A stretch of DNA of 64,000 nt from Nemertoderma westbladi (taxonomy: Eukaryota; Animalia; Xenacoelomorpha), in the NCBI GenBank assembly GCA_032718475.1, contig JAUCBJ010000807.1:1-64000 (forward strand), in the 5' to 3' direction. Numbering within the stretch: the stretch's first letter is position 1; every line of letters starts with the position of its first letter. The notes under the pieces are model-generated. The model was not told the origin of the DNA. It worked only from the letters and a program-made list of their open reading frames with translations, and did not search any database. This document shows, piece by piece, positions 49,618 to 61,090 of the stretch. Position numbers and translations under genes: made by a program.

Positions 49618-51067
49618 TTTCGTGGTAGGATATTCTTGTACATAGCTCATCATAGATGGGATTAACATACGTTATTTTATTATTCACCTAAGTAGCTTGT
49701 TGATTATTGTTTTTAGTGGTATCAAGGAACTATAATAATTGACGTTTCCCCAAAGAAAAAATCCATATTTAATTTTTATTGATTGTGTTTGGAGGGAGCT
49801 TTCATAGTTTATAATCTAAGAGAAGGATGAGTAGACTGTTTTTTTTAGATCAAGTGACAGACGATTATCTGATAACCAGCTGATAACCTTTGTTTCAGCT
49901 CTAACATTGAAAATAAAGAGTTGAGGTGGGATTAGAAAGGTAGAGAGGGTTGTACCGTCAGTGAAACCCCACGCTCGTGTACCCCGATTCTGGGGCTTCG
50001 GGCATCACGAAGTCTGTCTAGATGGGCGATTGCGAAGCACTCACTAGCAGCAGACAGAGGAACTATAGAAAGGGGTGTTTCTCTGTGAAGAATTTATAAA
50101 TTTTTGATAAACTAGAGGTGTACACCAAGTTTGGTTCTGTTTTATCAAAGCTTGATGTTCCAGAATAATTTAATAAACTGCACAATATGCTGCAATTGAA
50201 CGGAGAATGAATAAAATTGACACTGGCCTGTCTGTTACACGTAAATTAACTCGGTAACTATAAGTCGCATACGATTTTTAAATAATTATAGTTGATATAA
50301 TTATTAAGGTAAATGATGCCAAAATATTATAAAATTTCACTACAAGGAAATTTAATAAGTAATTTACAATAAATTGATATGGCTGCAAAATCCCCATATG
50401 GAATAACAAGGTATACTTCAGTCAAGCAGACGTAATGTCAGGGGCGTCACAGCCACCCTTGTGACCCCTGCGCTCCAGGGGTGGCGCAAGACCGGTGGGT
50501 GGGGGCTCAGCCGTTTTTTACAAGGACATCTTTTTACATGTTCAGTAAAAAAATAAACGAAAAATATAATAATTAAATAGAAGGTTAATAATTTCGACAA
50601 TTAATTTTTTTACAACTGTGAACATGATAATATTATGTACTGTAGCATCCTATGTGCATGGGCACATGGTTTTGAACCACAGTAATAACCCCCCCCCCCC
50701 CCCCCAGATCTATATTATTAACGATAACAGTTTAGACCAGGTAACAGGTAAGGTTAATGTTATCCCAACCCTGGCCATGGGTGGCCAAACGAATGTAAAA
50801 CGAACGGATGAAGTGGTAGGCATTCACAAGCGGTAACATAGTGTAAAGATGATAGAAAAAATATAAAGTATTGATTGAGGGTCTTTAGCTGGTTATATTA
50901 TATTAAATAAAGTACAATAGACCATTTAAGGTTGTAGCCCCAAGGTCAAGCCAACATTACCAATAATGCCCCCCCCCCCCCCCCCTTCCCCTCCCCCTCC
51001 CGCTCTCCGGCAGATCCCTTTTTCTCCATCCCATGATATGAATCGACAGCCTTATCCTTATCACTCA

Positions 51068-51894
51068 CTACCACAGTAGTCTGTAAAATATTACCGACTC
51101 GCCCTTCAGCCCCGTGTGGTCTACCAAACCCTCGAAAGTTACTTTGAAGGCTCTTCTGTAGTTCAGGGGTGATCCCGATAGCAGAAATGCCGTTGGTTCT
51201 CTTTCGATAACCAAGGTCATGAATAGGTTTAGCAAACCTATCATTATCCAGTCCTCCTGCAGGATATATCGCTTCTGATATATCTTTATCGCTCCTCTCC
51301 GGAATTGATACACCTCTTGCTTCCCCGGTCTCGCTCCCCACTTCAGCGAGTTCGCCAACTCCGCTCCGTACTCCTCCCTGAATTTACCCCAGTCCATTGG
51401 CTTGTGGCATACGAGCCCCATTAACTGGCCCATCGCCACCGCTCCACAATGACCCGCGTTCTCCACTAGTCCCAACCCGGCTGGCGCTGTCATAGCCATG
51501 TAGACCGTTTGCATGTCCAGAAGTTTGGGGGTCTCCGGACCGATGATCCTCTCCGCATCGTCGCGGATCGCCGATCCCACCTTTATCGTCGACTTCTCTC
51601 TTACTAGGCTCTGCACCGCCTTTGGCAACCGGTTTAACTTCGGCCCGTTCTTCTTCCCATACGTTCCCAGATCGAACAGGAATATATCCCCATTTGGCGC
51701 GGCCAAATGTAGGAGTATGGTTCTGGCCGACCCCGCCGACCCTCTTCTCGAACCTTCCTCGTCTTCCACGGTCCCCTCATCGTCTGGGACCATGTATCCT
51801 CCTCTTTATTTCCTAAAGTGCCAAATTTCCTAAATTCTCTAATTTTGTCAGTTACTTTAATTATGTTCTGGAATATCCTGCCTACTGTTACCAT
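51068..51894 (-). pseudogene. DEDD/WRN-like 3'-5' exonuclease accessory ORF 3' of integrase in element B
   Basis: GYMVPDDEG, LLHLAAPNG, NRLPKAVQSLVREKSTIKVGSAIRDD, GLVCHKPM, YQKRYILQEDW; collinear with the protein at 33-960. Confidence 0.75.
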
Positions 51895-52079
51895 AATTTG
51901 TCTAATTTTGATTTTAATATTTAATTTTAATCCTACAACTGGGCTATCAGTGTCTACTAATGGATTATTTATTCTTGTAATCCATATTCTGGCCTACTCT
52001 ATGGGCTGTGCAGTACAGCAGTATGTCTCATGCGGCCTACACGATCTGTCCTGCCGTACCCACGTGCCCCCCTCTCACT

Positions 52080-52612
52080 ACTCACTACTAACTCTACTAA
52101 CTTTTACTAACACACTAACTCTTACTAACATTCTAACTGGCTTCTACTAACGGTACTACGCGTACCCTCTTTCTAACTCTTCTACTAATGGTACTATGTA
52201 CCCTCTTACTAACTAACTCCACTAACTCTTACTAACGGTACTACGTACCCTCTTACTAACTAACCCCACTAACTCTTACTAACGGTTCTACATACCCTCT
52301 TACTAACTCTTCTACTAACGGTACTACATACCCTCTTACTAACTAACTCCACCAACTCTTACTAACAGTACTACGTACCCCCTTACTAACTCTTCTACTA
52401 ACGGTACTACGTACCCTCTTACTAACTAACTCCCCCAACTCTTACTAACGGTACTACGTACCCTCTTACTAACTAACTCCACCAACTCTTACTAACGGTA
52501 CTGCGTACCCTCTTACTAACTAACTCCACTGACTCTTACTAACGGTACTACGTACCCTCTTACTAACTAACTAGCTCTCTAACTAATGGTACTACGTATC
52601 CTCTTACTAACT
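52080..52612. repeat. ~47-bp tandem array (~11 units) between integrase and the exonuclease ORF
   Basis: Unit CTCTTACTAACGGTACTACGTACCCTCTTACTAACTAACTCCACCAA, containing the mini-hairpin GGTAC-TAC-GTACC. Confidence 0.9.
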
Positions 52613-52775
52613 TCTATCTGCCTACTTACTTACTACGTACCTACTATGTACTATTACTTTCCTTTCTCTTATTCTCTATCTCTATTATTTTTAAAAAAAA
52701 ATTTATATTTTGTGTGGGAAGGGTGTCTCGCCCTCAATCCCACCCCCCTTAGTCCAACACTTGGATGACTAAACT

Positions 52776-55532
52776 CTATGGTGCCCCTTCTAGCAGGCAA
52801 CATTTGCCTACAGCCCTCCTGTAGGTCTTTCTGTCTTTCGCTCCTATCTTGCAACCTATCCGCACCTCCACCGATCGGACTCTTCCGTCCTCGTCGGAGT
52901 AAGTGTCCACTACTCTTGCTAGTCTCCATTGATTGTTGATAATGGTGTCATCCGTGACGATCACCAAATCACCCTTCTTTAACTCCCTAGTGGTATTTCT
53001 CCACTTGCTCCTCCTATGTAGCGTGGGTAGGTATTCCTCAACCCACCTCCTCCAGTACTCTGCACTTATCGCCTTAGCGACTTTCCAACTCTGTCGGGAG
53101 TGTATGTCGTCTGGGTCTACACCCCGCATGTCGATGGTCGCTGGCCTCTCCATTAGAAAGTGACTGGGTGTCAGCACATCTAATGATTCTGGGTCGTCAT
53201 TCTCTGCGTATAGCGGTCTGCTATTGATGATACCTTCGCACTTGGCTAGTACTGTCCTTAGTATATCTTCTGTCACCATGTGGGTGTTCATCAACTTCGT
53301 CATCAGATGCTTGGAACTACCCACGAGTCTCTCGACGCATCCTAAAGTATGCGGGGCATACGTCCTCCCTATTTGCGACGAATATAGGGTATCTCGTCTT
53401 CTCATTGTGTAGCCAACCAAGCACTACCATGGAGTCCGTCCAGTAGTGTGTTTCCACTATGTTGGGAATAGTGTCCATCAAGTAGGCTGTGGCCCTTACT
53501 CCTAACCTCGCAGCTGTCAACTCGAGTTTCGGGACCGATGCTGAATCTGGCGGCGTCGACTTTGCTTTGCTGAATGCAAGTCGGGCTTATGAGCCCCCTC
53601 TCGTTGTACTAGGTAGAGTGCCGCTCCGTATGCTTCAAATGACGCATCGGAGAACATGTGTAGATCCAGATCCGTCTTGTTCCCATCCGGAAATTACACG
53701 CGTGGCATGCTGTATGTCCCCATCCGTTCTAAACTCTCCATCCACTTGCTCCATTGCTTGCTGATCTCTTCCGGGACCTCTGTATCCCATTCGTCCTTTA
53801 GCTTATATACTTTCTTAAGTATCTGTTTCCCCGTGACTAATAGTGGGGATGCTAGGCCTAGGGGATCGTATATCCTTGCTATGTATGATACATAGCCCCT
53901 CTTTGCGTGGATGTCTGCGCCCTCCTGTCTCAGCTGGTATTTGAACTCGTCTGTCTCTCGATTCCACACGATCCCTAATGCCTTCTGCTGGGATTCTACC
54001 CTCTTGTTCGCCATGTCCTGTCCCTTGGCTGTCGTGGGGTTATCCATGGTCAACTCTGGCCTCCTGTCCTCTATGGCTTTCATAAACTCTTCTGAGCTGG
54101 ATTGGAACTTGGTCAGGTTGAACCCGGATCCTTTTAGGATGTCGTGAACCTTGCGCCCTGTATCCAGTAGTTCTTTAACCGTATTTCCAGATTCCATTCC
54201 GTCGTCTACATAGAAGCCGCGTCGAATCATATCGACGGCTTTGGTGCTATATTTTTCCTCTTTCCCCTCCACTGTATCCCTCACGTCCACAGTCGTCGTA
54301 AATGAGGACGACTTGGCCCCCATATTCTGCACCACCATCTTGTACACTGGTATTGTCGATGGTTCCTCGTCGCCGTTATACCATAGGAAGCGCTGGCTGT
54401 CACTATCCTCCTCCGTCACGCGGACTTGGTTGAACATGCCTTCAATGTCGCAGGTGAAGGTGTGCCTCCCGTTTCTGAATCTGAGTAGGACCTCGATCCC
54501 TGAGTTATAGATATTGGGACCCTCCAGCAGATAATCGTTTAGGCATTTGCCGTTGGTCTTAGCCGATGCGTCAACTACCATCCGCAGTTTACCTTTCTTC
54601 GGGTCTAGAGCCACGTGAAGTGGCAGGTAATAGGTCCTATCCGTGTTCGGTCTGTCGACCGGTAACTCCACGGCCCATCCTTTCTCGACATACTTTGTTA
54701 TCATTCTATGAATGTACTCATTCTTTTCGGGGCTCCGTTTTAGCGTTTGCTTCAGTTTACGAAGCCTCGTGAGTACCATCCCCTTGTTGTCCGGTAGCGG
54801 TAATTTTGGTTGTTTCCATACCATCCCTATGGTGTACCGCCCCTCGTCGCATCTCATCGACTCCTTTACACTTTGTATTGCCTGTTTATCTTCCACCGAG
54901 GTTCCGACCCCGGTCTCTTTCAATCCCTCAAAATCCTGCCTAAGCAGTCTCCTGAGCTGCTCCTCCGCTCCTTCATCTTCCATCTCCCTCATAGTTCCCG
55001 CGAACATGCACCCTGATGTCTCCGACATCCTAAACGGAATCCTGGTTCTAATTGGGCCGCTTAGCGTCCACCCAAATGGTGTTAAAATTGCCACCCGGTC
55101 ATGCTGCCTGTCTTCGGCGAAGACCGTCTGCATTCTCTCATGGGCTGTCGGGAAGTCCATTCCTACTATAATGGATACCTTCCTAACTTCCACCTCTGGT
55201 ATTGAGAAGTCGATAGTGTCCAGGAATCTATATTGTTTGACCTCGATGTTGTTTGGTCGCCTGGCGTTGATATTTATCGATTCTATCACCTGAATGGGGT
55301 CGATCGTCGCCCCATAATCGCATCCCAGTGCTATCGCTGCTATCCCGCACCGTCCGGTCCTCATCTCCAGGACCTCATCTTTGCTGGAGATGGTTGTTAC
55401 CGCCATTCTACTTGGCCTTGTCTTTAGTCCTATCTCTTCGGCTACCCAATCCTCGACCAATGTGAAGGCTGCTCCACTGTCGACCAGCATTAGCGTGGTT
55501 ACTGATCGATCGCCTTCTCCGATCACCCTCAC
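52776..55532 (-). pseudogene. BEL/Pao pol of element B with an internal deletion removing late RNase H through most of the integrase core
   Basis: LVDSGA; RMVVDAS, EGPNIYN, CDIEGMFNQV, FYVDDG; YDPLGLASP, LHMFSDAS, PKLELTAA, YWTDS, FVANR, then an immediate jump to APHTLGCVERLV, INSRPL, LTPSHFL, DGRVRSV. Confidence 0.9.
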
Positions 55533-55539
55533 TGGTACT

Positions 55540-58500
55540 ACCCCGAGTCGTACCGTTCCTCTCTTCTACGGTGCTTGTCGCCATTGTCTATCCTTTGCCT
55601 TGCATGAACTTAATTGGTGTTTCCTTGCATTGGTTAGCTCTATGTCCACCCATCACACATCGAGGACAGACTTCGCTCCTCCTTGCGTATTCTATCTGAT
55701 CTTCTCTGGGCAGCGCTTGCCAATATCTGCAGTTCATGGTCTGATGAAGTGCGTTCGTGTGTAATTGGCATTTGTTGTTTGGGTTATAGCCATCCTTATA
55801 TAGTGCGCTCCGTATCGCACTTGCGTTCGTACCTAGATCTCTACTATTCTTATTGTTTGGGTTCGGCCTACTGGGCGTGTTGGGGTTATGTTTATTTGTG
55901 TTGTTATTTTTACCCTGTCCGCTCCATGGTGTAGCCCTACCCCCGGCTACATGTGGACTAGCAGTCCCCTGCGTTGCCGTGTATGGCAGCAATTGTCTGA
56001 GCTTTGGCAATGCATTCGCCGTGTTGTGTTCTGGTTTCGGCCTATTGTATTCGGTCTTTGGCCCCTTTCCCAGACTATCCTCGCTATAGACTGGGTCGGT
56101 GATTAATTCGGCTTCATAGTTGAGGAAGCTCGACATTTCTTCTAGGCCTGGTTCCGTACCCGTCTTCTCCCTGGTGAAGAAAGCGATTTTCCTCCATTTA
56201 TTGCGCAGCCAGATCGGCAGTGCCTGCGCTATCGTGGTGATGTTATTAGATGCGTTGAGTTCGTATGGCGCATCTAGCGTCTTCAATATGATTAGCGCCT
56301 TCTCGACTTGACTCTCGACTTATGCTAACGGGGTTATCCTGTAGGCCACCCGATCTTATACCTCTTAGGGTTTGCCGGATGATCTTGGCCGGGTGCCTGT
56401 ACTCCCTGTCTAGCGCCCGCCATGCTGTCGTGAAGCCACCCTCGATGCCCTGGTACTGCCTCACGATGTCGTATGCTGGGCATCCTGTATACACCTGTAG
56501 ATATTTTAGGCACTCCGCCTGCATCAGGTTCTTTGTCAATATTTCATTGCTGTACATGCGCCTAAAATGGAGGTATTCTTCCGGCCTACTTCCATCGAAT
56601 TTAAATGGTTCTACAGGTGGTAACTCGATTCTGGTCTTCAATGCATCGATTAATGTAGCCATTCCCATCGCCTGTGCTTCCAATGGGTTCGATGGATGCT
56701 GTACAGATTCTCCCGTTGGGTGCGGTCCGCTCGTCCTGTCTGTTGCGCTCCTTTGCGTCGGGTATATCATTGGGGGTAATGGCCCCCTCCATATTTCCGT
56801 GTCGCATGATCTGTTCTCGTCCAGGGGGTTCGATGCTTATTCCTGTTTGAGTATATTGTTGATATTGTGATGGGGGAATGTCACCCTGCCCCCCCCCCCC
56901 CCCCCCCCACCGGTATATTTGGTACTGGGGTTGATGTTAATATACATATCCATACACCTATCCGCAATAACTCTCCCCTCCCCTGGATATATGTTATGTC
57001 CCTGCATGCTATAGTCATACTGTTGTGCTGGGACCGGTATAGGCCTATCCACTTCTGGCCTACCTACCGGTATGTACTCCGCGACTTCCTGGCTTAATCC
57101 CGTCGTCCGCGCTACCCTATCGCATACATTATCTCTCCCAGCATGGCCTATAGTATGTGCAGTAAGGCCTACAGTATGTCCTGCAGTCTGTATGTGTCCC
57201 TCCGGACCGAAGTTTAACCTTCTCGAATAATCCAAGAAGTCCTCCCCGCGACTACTGTATCCTCGATCGGCAGCTATATCCCGTCGGGAAGTTTCTCTTC
57301 GATCCCCTCTGCTATTCTCGTCCTCGTACCGTCCTCGTCCTATACCCCTCTCTCGGCGTATAGTACACCTCGCCAGGTCGCGTCTCTCCGGGACGATGGC
57401 AATCTCCCGGAGTTCGACCCCACCGACTCTCCAACTCCATCTCTACTACCGACAGCTCGCTATCCGTCCTCGCTCTCCTGTCGCTCGCAATGACACTTCT
57501 TCTACACTCTTCTCTTCTTCTTTCTGCAGTGTAGCGTCCCCGCTCGTGGGATCTCTCGTCGACCTCCCGGTTAAACTCCACTGTTCTTCTTCCCTCTTCT
57601 GACTGGGCTCGACGTCTCGTCGCTCACCCTCTCGCGACGCCAACCTCTCTCTCTCTACCCGGTAGCATGCCGCTGGGGACATTCGTAATCCCCCTACTAT
57701 TCTCCATCACCGGGTGCTGCAGTTCACCTAATTCGCCCCGCGCATTATCCGCCGACGCCTGTGGGGCACTCTCTGCCCCCCCCCCCCCTCTCGCCCTCTA
57801 ATCTCTCGTTGTGGGGCTCCTGTAGCCCCCCCCCCCCCCCCCACTCGCCACCTATCACTTCACTATCTCTCACTTCACCTCTACGCCCCTCTCTAGTCGA
57901 CACACTATCTCTACTGCGGCTGGGTCTATTCACACCCGCCTCTCCCTCTATTGCTGCGTTGCCTGGCAGGCTCCCGTCGGGTTGACTCAACCCCGCCACT
58001 CCCTGCGCACTAACTACGTGGCCTACAAGGCCCCCTTCGGGGTCTCTCACCCCCGCTACTTCCTGCGTACTGATTACGTGGCCTACCAGGCTCTCGTTTG
58101 CCGGGCCACCTACATTTGCTGTGTTTACATTAATAGCACCATTATTAATATTATTTTCTGAATTATTTAAATTATTAGAATTACTCTGTGCTGAATTCGG
58201 ATTATTATTTAAATTATTTTGTATATTTGAATTATTTTGGATTCGGATTATTTTGTTCGTTTGAATTAAAATTATTATTTAGATTATTTTGCGTATTTAA
58301 ATTATTTGAATTATGTAGTATATTCGAATCTAGATTATTATTTGAATTATCTGTATATTTAAATTAGGATCGTTCGGATTTAAATTACTATTATCGGGCA
58401 AAATATTATTTCCTGCAATGAAAGTTTGATTAGGGTTATCTACTACGGTATTATTAATATTAATGTTCTCTAAAGTATTATTATTACCCCCCCCCCCCCC

Positions 58501-59338
58501 CCCCTCCGCCCGTATGGTTACACCAGTCTTGGGTCTGTCGTCCGGTCCCTGTAAGTGGGGTATTAACAAACGTTTCCATAACTTCTGGCTCCTCGTAAAC
58601 ACTACCTGAGCCAGCCTCGCTCTCTGATAGCCCCAACTGCGCCAGTTCTAGTCGGCGCTTCTGCTTGGCCTGATACTGCATAAGCCCCCTTAGCCGGGCG
58701 TGCATATCATCCCGCATACGCTTTCCCGCTCTCTCTCTCTCCCTATCCTCCCTTAAACTTTGGTCCGCAAATTCTACCTCTCTCGCCTCCCGCTCTCTAC
58801 GTTCATTCATTTCTCTCACTTCCCATTCTTTGCGCTCCGCTTTCTCCCTCATCTCTCGTTCCTCGCGCTCTTTCTCTACTCTCGTCTCTCGTTCCTCGCG
58901 CTCTTTGCGCTCGCTCATCTCTCTTTCTTCCCGCTCCCTACAGTTTCTCGCCACCCTCTCGGCCCTCTCTCTACACTCCTTCGCCAGTTCCCTCTCCTTT
59001 TCTAACAACGCAGTCCCCTCGTCCAACTGCCTCTCTAACTCTTTCTGGTCTAGCGCCACCATGTCCAACTGACACGCCAGATCTATCTCCAACACCCTTC
59101 TTGCTTTCGCGGAGGATGAAGCGGACTTATCGGTCACAACGGACTCCCGTCGCCTCTCTGTCCTACTAATTTTCCCCCGCTTTCTGGGGTTCTCGCTAAC
59201 CAACGAGACCGAATCCTCGGGGTTAACCTCGGATTCGCCCACGTGCGGGTTTGCCCAACCCACTAACTTAATTCCCCTAGCATCAACTAAATACGCCCTA
59301 TGTACACTATCTGGGGCTCCATAATCCCGGATCGCCAC
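55540..59338 (-). pseudogene. gag region of element B (E/R coiled coil, Asn-rich segment, DUF1759-like, zinc knuckles), frameshifted
   Basis: PFKFDGSRPEEYLHF, LKYLQVYT, AWRALDREY, LPIWLRNKW, CQLH..HQTMNC, CPRCVMGGHRANQC. Confidence 0.8.
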
Positions 59339-59989
59339 AGTTCAAATAGTTCGGTGGTGACCCCCCTCGCTCTCTCACTCGCTAGTTCTCCCTGCCCGAA
59401 GTGAACTAGGTACCTAAAGTGTTTGTTCGACACAGCTAGTCGCTGGTTTAATTTCTTACCTTAAATCTTACCTTAAATTTCTACCTTTGCTCCTTGTTTG
59501 GCCTCTTTGAGCTGCTTCTTCGTCGTGTTGTAGGCTCGTCGGAGCCGGTCACTGGTTCCGACGTCCTCGTCGTCGACCTCTCCTCCTCCCCCTCCTGGTT
59601 CGGCATCGTACCGGCGGCCCCACCGTCGCCATTCCGGTGGGCTGTCCGTCGCCCTCGGCCTGTGGCTGGCCGGCGACATCGGTACTACGACCGCCGTCGT
59701 GCGTCGACTCCTCCTCCCGTTGTGGTAGACGGCCGCCCTCCGCTTGGGCTGCCGGATTGTCTCTGTCCGGCGAGTCCGGCGTTGCGGGTCGATACCGTCG
59801 CGTCGCGCCCTCACGGATCGTCTCGTTCGTATCGTCCGGGGTCCGTGGCGGTGTCGTCTCTCCCTCTAGATCTTGGGGTTGCGTACTCATCTTTTAACGC
59901 TTTCTTTGGTGGCTGGCAGTCACAGTTTTAACAGTAGTACTCTGGATTTTTGTTCTGTGACGGGATCAGAGGATCCCGACCAGTGAATT

Positions 59990-60578
59990 TGTTACGCGTC
60001 GCCGTGCCGTTAGGGAAAAGATAGTTTGTTGTTGTTATCTTTGATGTTGATATAAACGGTAATATAATATAATTAATGTGAATATAATAGCACAGTTGTC
60101 CAGGATGAGATAACGAATAATATGATATGCTAATAAGATAATACACTGAATAGGATACCGGTAACGGTGGTAACACGACGGTACAAAAATGTCACTGGTC
60201 CCCACTGTGTGACTGAGATAACTGAATAGGATACAAACACTAACCGGTAATATATATTCACCTCTACTCTACTTGTGGCCTTGTTACTTAGCGGATGCAT
60301 TTTCCTTGTCCCCGATTGGCCAATAACCTAATTCTCGGCTCCCACCTCTGTGGGAGTGTTCCCCCCCCCCCCCCCCCCCCCCGCTGCTGTCACTTTCCCT
60401 CTCCAAGAGGTTTGACCTCTAACCTCTTTTGTGTGTGGCTCTTTGGGGCCGTGTGTTGTCCCCATTTATTGGGGGTGATACGAGGTTGATTGTAATCCAC
60501 CTCGTACTCCCCAATATTGCTTAAAACGTCACTTCTCAACTTTATGGGGTTGGTGGAGCGGAATTGAATCCGCTCACA
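59990..60578 (-). repeat. Candidate 5' LTR of element B (~590 bp)
   Basis: TGT...AACA termini and a TGG start of a possible PBS 7 nt downstream; no second copy to confirm it. Confidence 0.45.
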
Positions 60579-61090
60579 ATATGTGTCAGAGGACGTTGGC
60601 CTGACCCAGGCCCAAATGTGCTCTGATTGGACACAACTTGTTTAAGTCTTAAGTGGCTAGGTTAACGATTTGATATTGTCGTCATAATCATATTGTTTTT
60701 ACTTATTATATTATTACATTACATATTGTAAATATTTACAATTACACTTTTTCTTTATATTTTATTTATCATTATGTATTTAAAGGGGGACTTCGGAGCA
60801 ATAAAAATTCATCCCTCTTCAGAGGAAATTCGACGCAAATAAATAACTACTCGCAAAAATAAAACTGTAACCTGTCTTAGTATGGCCGAGTTTCGTTTTT
60901 TGTTTTGGTTAGAAAATACGTGTCACTGTAACCTGCTCCTTTCCATAAATTGAGCATTTAACATTGATGCGAAATATTAATTGAAAAGATGGATTTATTT
61001 GCGTCCAATCCTACCCCCCCCCCCCACCCCCCCCCCCCCCCCCTGTCTCATTATTTATTATAAGGGTGGGCGGGAAAAGTGTGGTGTGTG

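Larger units (their letters stand above)
50946..60578 (-). mobile_element. Second, distinct BEL/Pao element (element B), decayed and 3'-truncated
   Basis: Candidate 5' LTR 60578-59990 (TGTGAGCG...GCGTAACA) followed by TGG; gag, pol, tandem array and exonuclease ORF on the same strand; no 3' LTR seen. Confidence 0.8.

Noticed and set aside
50439-50520. CAGGGGCG-type hAT/MITE left end
   Set aside because: No matching right terminus or TSD found.
60790-60830. CTGAAGA on the minus strand as a third hammerhead
   Set aside because: No stem II, GAAA box or closing stem I.
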